Origin: Bacillota bacterium
GTDB taxonomy: Bacteria; Bacillota; Clostridia; Oscillospirales; Ruminococcaceae
Assembly: GCA_023666805.1 (NCBI GenBank)
Contig: JAMPBF010000001.1
Span: 1 to 61,167, forward strand
Length of the DNA stretch: 61,167 nucleotides
Direction: 5' to 3'
Shown: in pieces, positions 58,045 through 61,167 of the stretch
Layout of the letters: each line of letters opens with the position of its first letter
Position numbering within the stretch: the first letter of the stretch is position 1
Program-made: the position numbers and the translations under genes
The notes under the pieces: generated by a model
The model's database searches: none
Seen by the model: only the letters and a program-made list of their open reading frames with translations
Told to the model about the DNA's origin: nothing

Positions 58045-60714
58045 TCAATTTCCGTCAGAGAAAGCAAGTATTTCTCTTTGCCTATATAAGCGTCTTTTTA
58101 TCTCTAAAGCTATCGGGTGGTTTTGATCCTTTATGACGATCTCGTTGCCGTAGCCCATGAGCCTTATCACCATTTCAAGCTCGTCCGTTTTTTGATAGCT
58201 TACGGTTAAGGAATAAAGCTCGCTTTCCTTATTATAAAGGCACTGCTTCTCCCAAGGAGAAAATTCCGACAGGATACGGTCGGTAAGGTTGCGCCTGTCA
58301 TAAAATTCGACGGTTATTTCCGATTTATTTTGGGCAAAGAAGCCGTCAAGCTCTGACATTGCCTTTTTGAAATCAAAGACATTGTCCGTTACTGACATTT
58401 CCTGTATGCCGTTTAGGATCATGGTGAAAACAGCACCGCTGCCGCAGGACAAAGCAAATATCCTGAAAACGTCGTCTCTCTTTGAATACTCTACGGTCAA
58501 GGGCTTAAAGCTGCCCACGACCTTGTTTCCCCGCTTGGATATGTAGCTTGCTTCTATCACTCTGTGATTTTTTATCGCAAAAATTACGGCGGTAAGAAGC
58601 CCTCTTTCCTTTTTAAAATCCGTCTCCTTATAATATCGGTCAAAATATTTCACGGCGTCGGCTTTAAAGGAGGAGTAGCCGAAGGCGCTTATACAGCGGG
58701 CTACAGCCTCTTTTTCCTTTGCCGTCAAAAACAAATCGGCTTTAGGGTCGTTCAAAACCGTGAGAAGCCATCTTGCCTCTACCCCTGTCAGGGGGCATAT
58801 ATCCGTGCCGAAGGAGGAATACTCGGCGGAATACTTGGGGCGGAAGGCTTTCTCCAATACCGTCCCCGACTTGTCGGAGAGATACCGAGGGGCTTTCTTA
58901 TACCAAATTTCTTCACTGCCGCTGCTTTTGGCGATCTCGCCGGTTCTCATAAACGCATGCTGCTCCGACTGAAGCAGGGGCTTTATTTCTCTGCGCAGAT
59001 TTGCCTCGGTCCATACTCCCATTTCGCCTCTGTGAGCTTTCAGAACGCTTTTTATAACAGCGTCGAGCTGTTCCGCAGTAAAGCCCTGCTTTCCCGACCC
59101 GTCCGAATAGATATTCATCAAAATTTCGCCTATAAGGGTGTAATAAATTCCGAAGATCTCGTTAAAAAGCAGACTGTAGGCGGGCTTGGGTTCGGTTTTA
59201 TACTTACAGTCGGCGGGAATTGACCAAGACTTTGCCATGCGCTTTTTGGGCTTTTCATAGTAAAGATGCGGATTTTCCATTTGGCTTATTATCGTCTCCA
59301 CATCCTCCCTTACGGAAAAATCCGAATCCTCCCTGTAATCGTAAAGTCTTGAATAAAAGCTTCTGACCCAAGGCTGAAGCTCGGTGCTGTTTAATACCTT
59401 TACGGAAAAGTCAAGCTGTCCCGACTTCTTTTTTACGGCGCCCTGCCGCTTTTCTCTGTTCAGGCGGTCGGGAATGAAGCCCTCGGACTTAGGGTCGTAC
59501 TTTATTTTAAAGGACACTCTGCAAAGGGGAATGTTGTCGTTTAAGCTGTCTGCGCCTAAGGTGGCGGCTCCCCAAGAGTGACGGATCAGCTCTTTCGCCT
59601 TCTCGAGATCGGACTGCACAGACTCATCGTCTGCCGAGACGGTTCTGCCGTTCCACTCTATGGTGTTCTCTCGGATATATTCCACCGAATCCACAAATTC
59701 CAGCCTTAAATTGGAATAGTTGCGGACAAAGGGCTCGTAAAAGGTCAGATACTCCCTGCCGTTTACAGAACTTATCCTTATCTCCATGGGAAAGCATATC
59801 AGCCTTGTCGATACACCCGACAAGCCGTTGCGGTAGCTGATCTTTATCCACCTTTTATTTTCTATGGCGTTTAAAAGCTCGAAAAGATTACAGTCGTTCA
59901 AGGCGGCTGCAAAATATTCGTGCTTTACTCTGAATATCCTTTGGGGCGGCGCTTTAAGGCGGGATAATACGAATCCGCCTACTTCGCCCAAAAAATGATA
60001 TTTCGTGAAAAATTCAAGTGCGGCGGTAAAGTGTTCAAAAAAATCCCGATCGGCTTCTTTGCCGCTGTCGATTATATCCGACAGATAAAGCCCCGAAAGA
60101 CCCCAGCGGTGATTTGTCCGTTTGCCGGATCTTTCAGCCCTGTCCTCTACAAGCCCCATGCTTGCCAGCTCCTTCAGCTTGGCGTTTATGGCGTTATTAT
60201 CGCCGCTGAAGAGATTATCCTTATTATCCGAATAAAAGCACCGAAGCTGAGAGGACAGCAGGGGATTATTCTGCTTTATATCCTCCTCCAATCGGCTGAA
60301 ATCCTCATAATCCACGGTTTCGGGAAGCTCTAAGCTGTCCGTGCCGTCCTTAAGGCGCATTTTGCCGCTTAGGGCAAAGACAATATTAAAAAAGGCCACG
60401 GGATCGTTGGCATTGTAGCGGCAAAAACGGTAAATTCTGTGAAAGGGATTTTCGTAAAGCAGTCTTGAATCCGTGCTGGCAAAAAGAGAGGTGCTTTTGT
60501 CGGCGGACCACTTGAAATAATCCCCCAAAATATTATTCAGCCTTGTCCAATCCTCGTTAAGAGTGGTGGCGGAGGCGGATTTTTTTTCGTCCTTGGAAAG
60601 AGCCTTACCCAGCTCGCCGAAGCTCATAAAGCCGTAGCTGTAATAATCTCTCAAGGCATTTTTAAACTTTGAATCGAAGGATCCCGAGCGTATCAGCTCC
60701 TCATGACTTGCCAC
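58045..60714 (-). CDS. Large protein with two WYL(-WCX) domains
   Basis: AIENKRWIKISY...FPMEIR...NGREYL...NLRLEFV and AIKNHRVIEASY...FKPLTVEYSKRDDVFR; WCX-like ELQPWVRSF and EMVIRLMGYG. Confidence 0.8.
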   Translation of the reverse strand: MASHEELIRSGSFDSKFKNALRDYYSYGFMSFGELGKALSKDEKKSASATTLNEDWTRLNNILGDYFKWSADKSTSLFASTDSRLLYENPFHRIYRFCRYNANDPVAFFNIVFALSGKMRLKDGTDSLELPETVDYEDFSRLEEDIKQNNPLLSSQLRCFYSDNKDNLFSGDNNAINAKLKELASMGLVEDRAERSGKRTNHRWGLSGLYLSDIIDSGKEADRDFFEHFTAALEFFTKYHFLGEVGGFVLSRLKAPPQRIFRVKHEYFAAALNDCNLFELLNAIENKRWIKISYRNGLSGVSTRLICFPMEIRISSVNGREYLTFYEPFVRNYSNLRLEFVDSVEYIRENTIEWNGRTVSADDESVQSDLEKAKELIRHSWGAATLGADSLNDNIPLCRVSFKIKYDPKSEGFIPDRLNREKRQGAVKKKSGQLDFSVKVLNSTELQPWVRSFYSRLYDYREDSDFSVREDVETIISQMENPHLYYEKPKKRMAKSWSIPADCKYKTEPKPAYSLLFNEIFGIYYTLIGEILMNIYSDGSGKQGFTAEQLDAVIKSVLKAHRGEMGVWTEANLRREIKPLLQSEQHAFMRTGEIAKSSGSEEIWYKKAPRYLSDKSGTVLEKAFRPKYSAEYSSFGTDICPLTGVEARWLLTVLNDPKADLFLTAKEKEAVARCISAFGYSSFKADAVKYFDRYYKETDFKKERGLLTAVIFAIKNHRVIEASYISKRGNKVVGSFKPLTVEYSKRDDVFRIFALSCGSGAVFTMILNGIQEMSVTDNVFDFKKAMSELDGFFAQNKSEITVEFYDRRNLTDRILSEFSPWEKQCLYNKESELYSLTVSYQKTDELEMVIRLMGYGNEIVIKDQNHPIALEIKRRLYRQREILAFSDGN

Positions 60715-60783
60715 CGATTTTCCCCCCCTTTTTATTTCTTATGCTAATAACCATTATTTAAAACCGAAATTGGCATTATTTAT

Positions 60784-60811
60784 ATTATACCTTTTTTTAT
60801 ATTGTTGTCAA
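60784..60811 (-). promoter_or_regulatory. Sigma-A promoter of the WYL gene
   Basis: TTGACA-16-TATAAT. Confidence 0.65.
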
Positions 60812-61024
60812 TAGTCTCCGCATTGTGTGGATCTTATCCGCAATTTAAATAGTTCGCAATTTAAATAATTATTAGTATAAAGTGCGGGAAATTGTTTTGT
60901 ACAGCCAATTTCCCGCATATTTTTTTAAAAAAAATATTGAAATCCAAAAATAAAAGTGTTATAATAAAGACGTATTTGTATTCACTATTCATTATGTGTA
61001 AACATTGCAAAGGAGCGAATTTCT

Positions 61025-61167
61025 ATGTTCAAGAAAATTTTAGGATGTACGACGGCTCTCGCAGCGGCAGCTTTATTTTTGACCTCCTGCGGGGCAGAGA
61101 CGGGACAAACCGAAATTACACAGTCAAACGGTGAAAACCAGCCCATTGCCGACAGCTCGGCTCTTTC
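61025..61167 (+). CDS. Lipoprotein (3' truncated)
   Basis: SD AAGGAG; MFKKILGCTTALAAAALFLTSCG lipobox. Confidence 0.75.
   Translation, partial: MFKKILGCTTALAAAALFLTSCGAETGQTEITQSNGENQPIADSSAL

Noticed and set aside
57717-58089. ORFs of 116, 92 and 69 aa over the tandem repeat
   Set aside because: The 105-bp period keeps frames open; no convincing SD; promoter motifs explain the sequence better

Overview
Firmicute (Clostridia; probably Oscillospiraceae/Ruminococcus-like) DNA in four blocks. (1) 1-~17.6 kb: right arm of a siphovirus-type prophage: major tail protein, tail chaperone with a -1 slippery site, tape measure, Dit, LamG-Tal, GH18 tail protein, a moron, holin, endolysin, HTH/Zn and SHOCT genes, two large serine recombinases (LSRs), and a ~20-bp repeat array at its end. 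(2) ~17.6-25.3 kb: a second, AT-richer integrative element with an LSR triplet. Its first LSR lacks the catalytic N-terminus exactly where the prophage ends, so the prophage appears to be inserted in another element's recombinase. RHH genes, a frameshifted SH3/C39-like peptidase with a lipoprotein, and a repeat-rich junction follow. (3) ~25.5-55.6 kb: mostly core genes (aldo/keto reductase, an unusual Opp operon with an ApbE-like gene, an ABC exporter, rpmB, gpsA, plsY, der, SdpR/SdpI-like, rpmF, pgi, D,D-carboxypeptidase, a large surface protein). (4) 55.6-60.7 kb: a co-oriented module of a double-WYL protein, a 105-bp tandem repeat whose units each carry a sigma-A-like promoter, a ClpP-like protease and a membrane-anchor-less VirD4-like ATPase. 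This is the best candidate for an undescribed, possibly defence, system. All calls come from reading motifs by eye; no searches were run.
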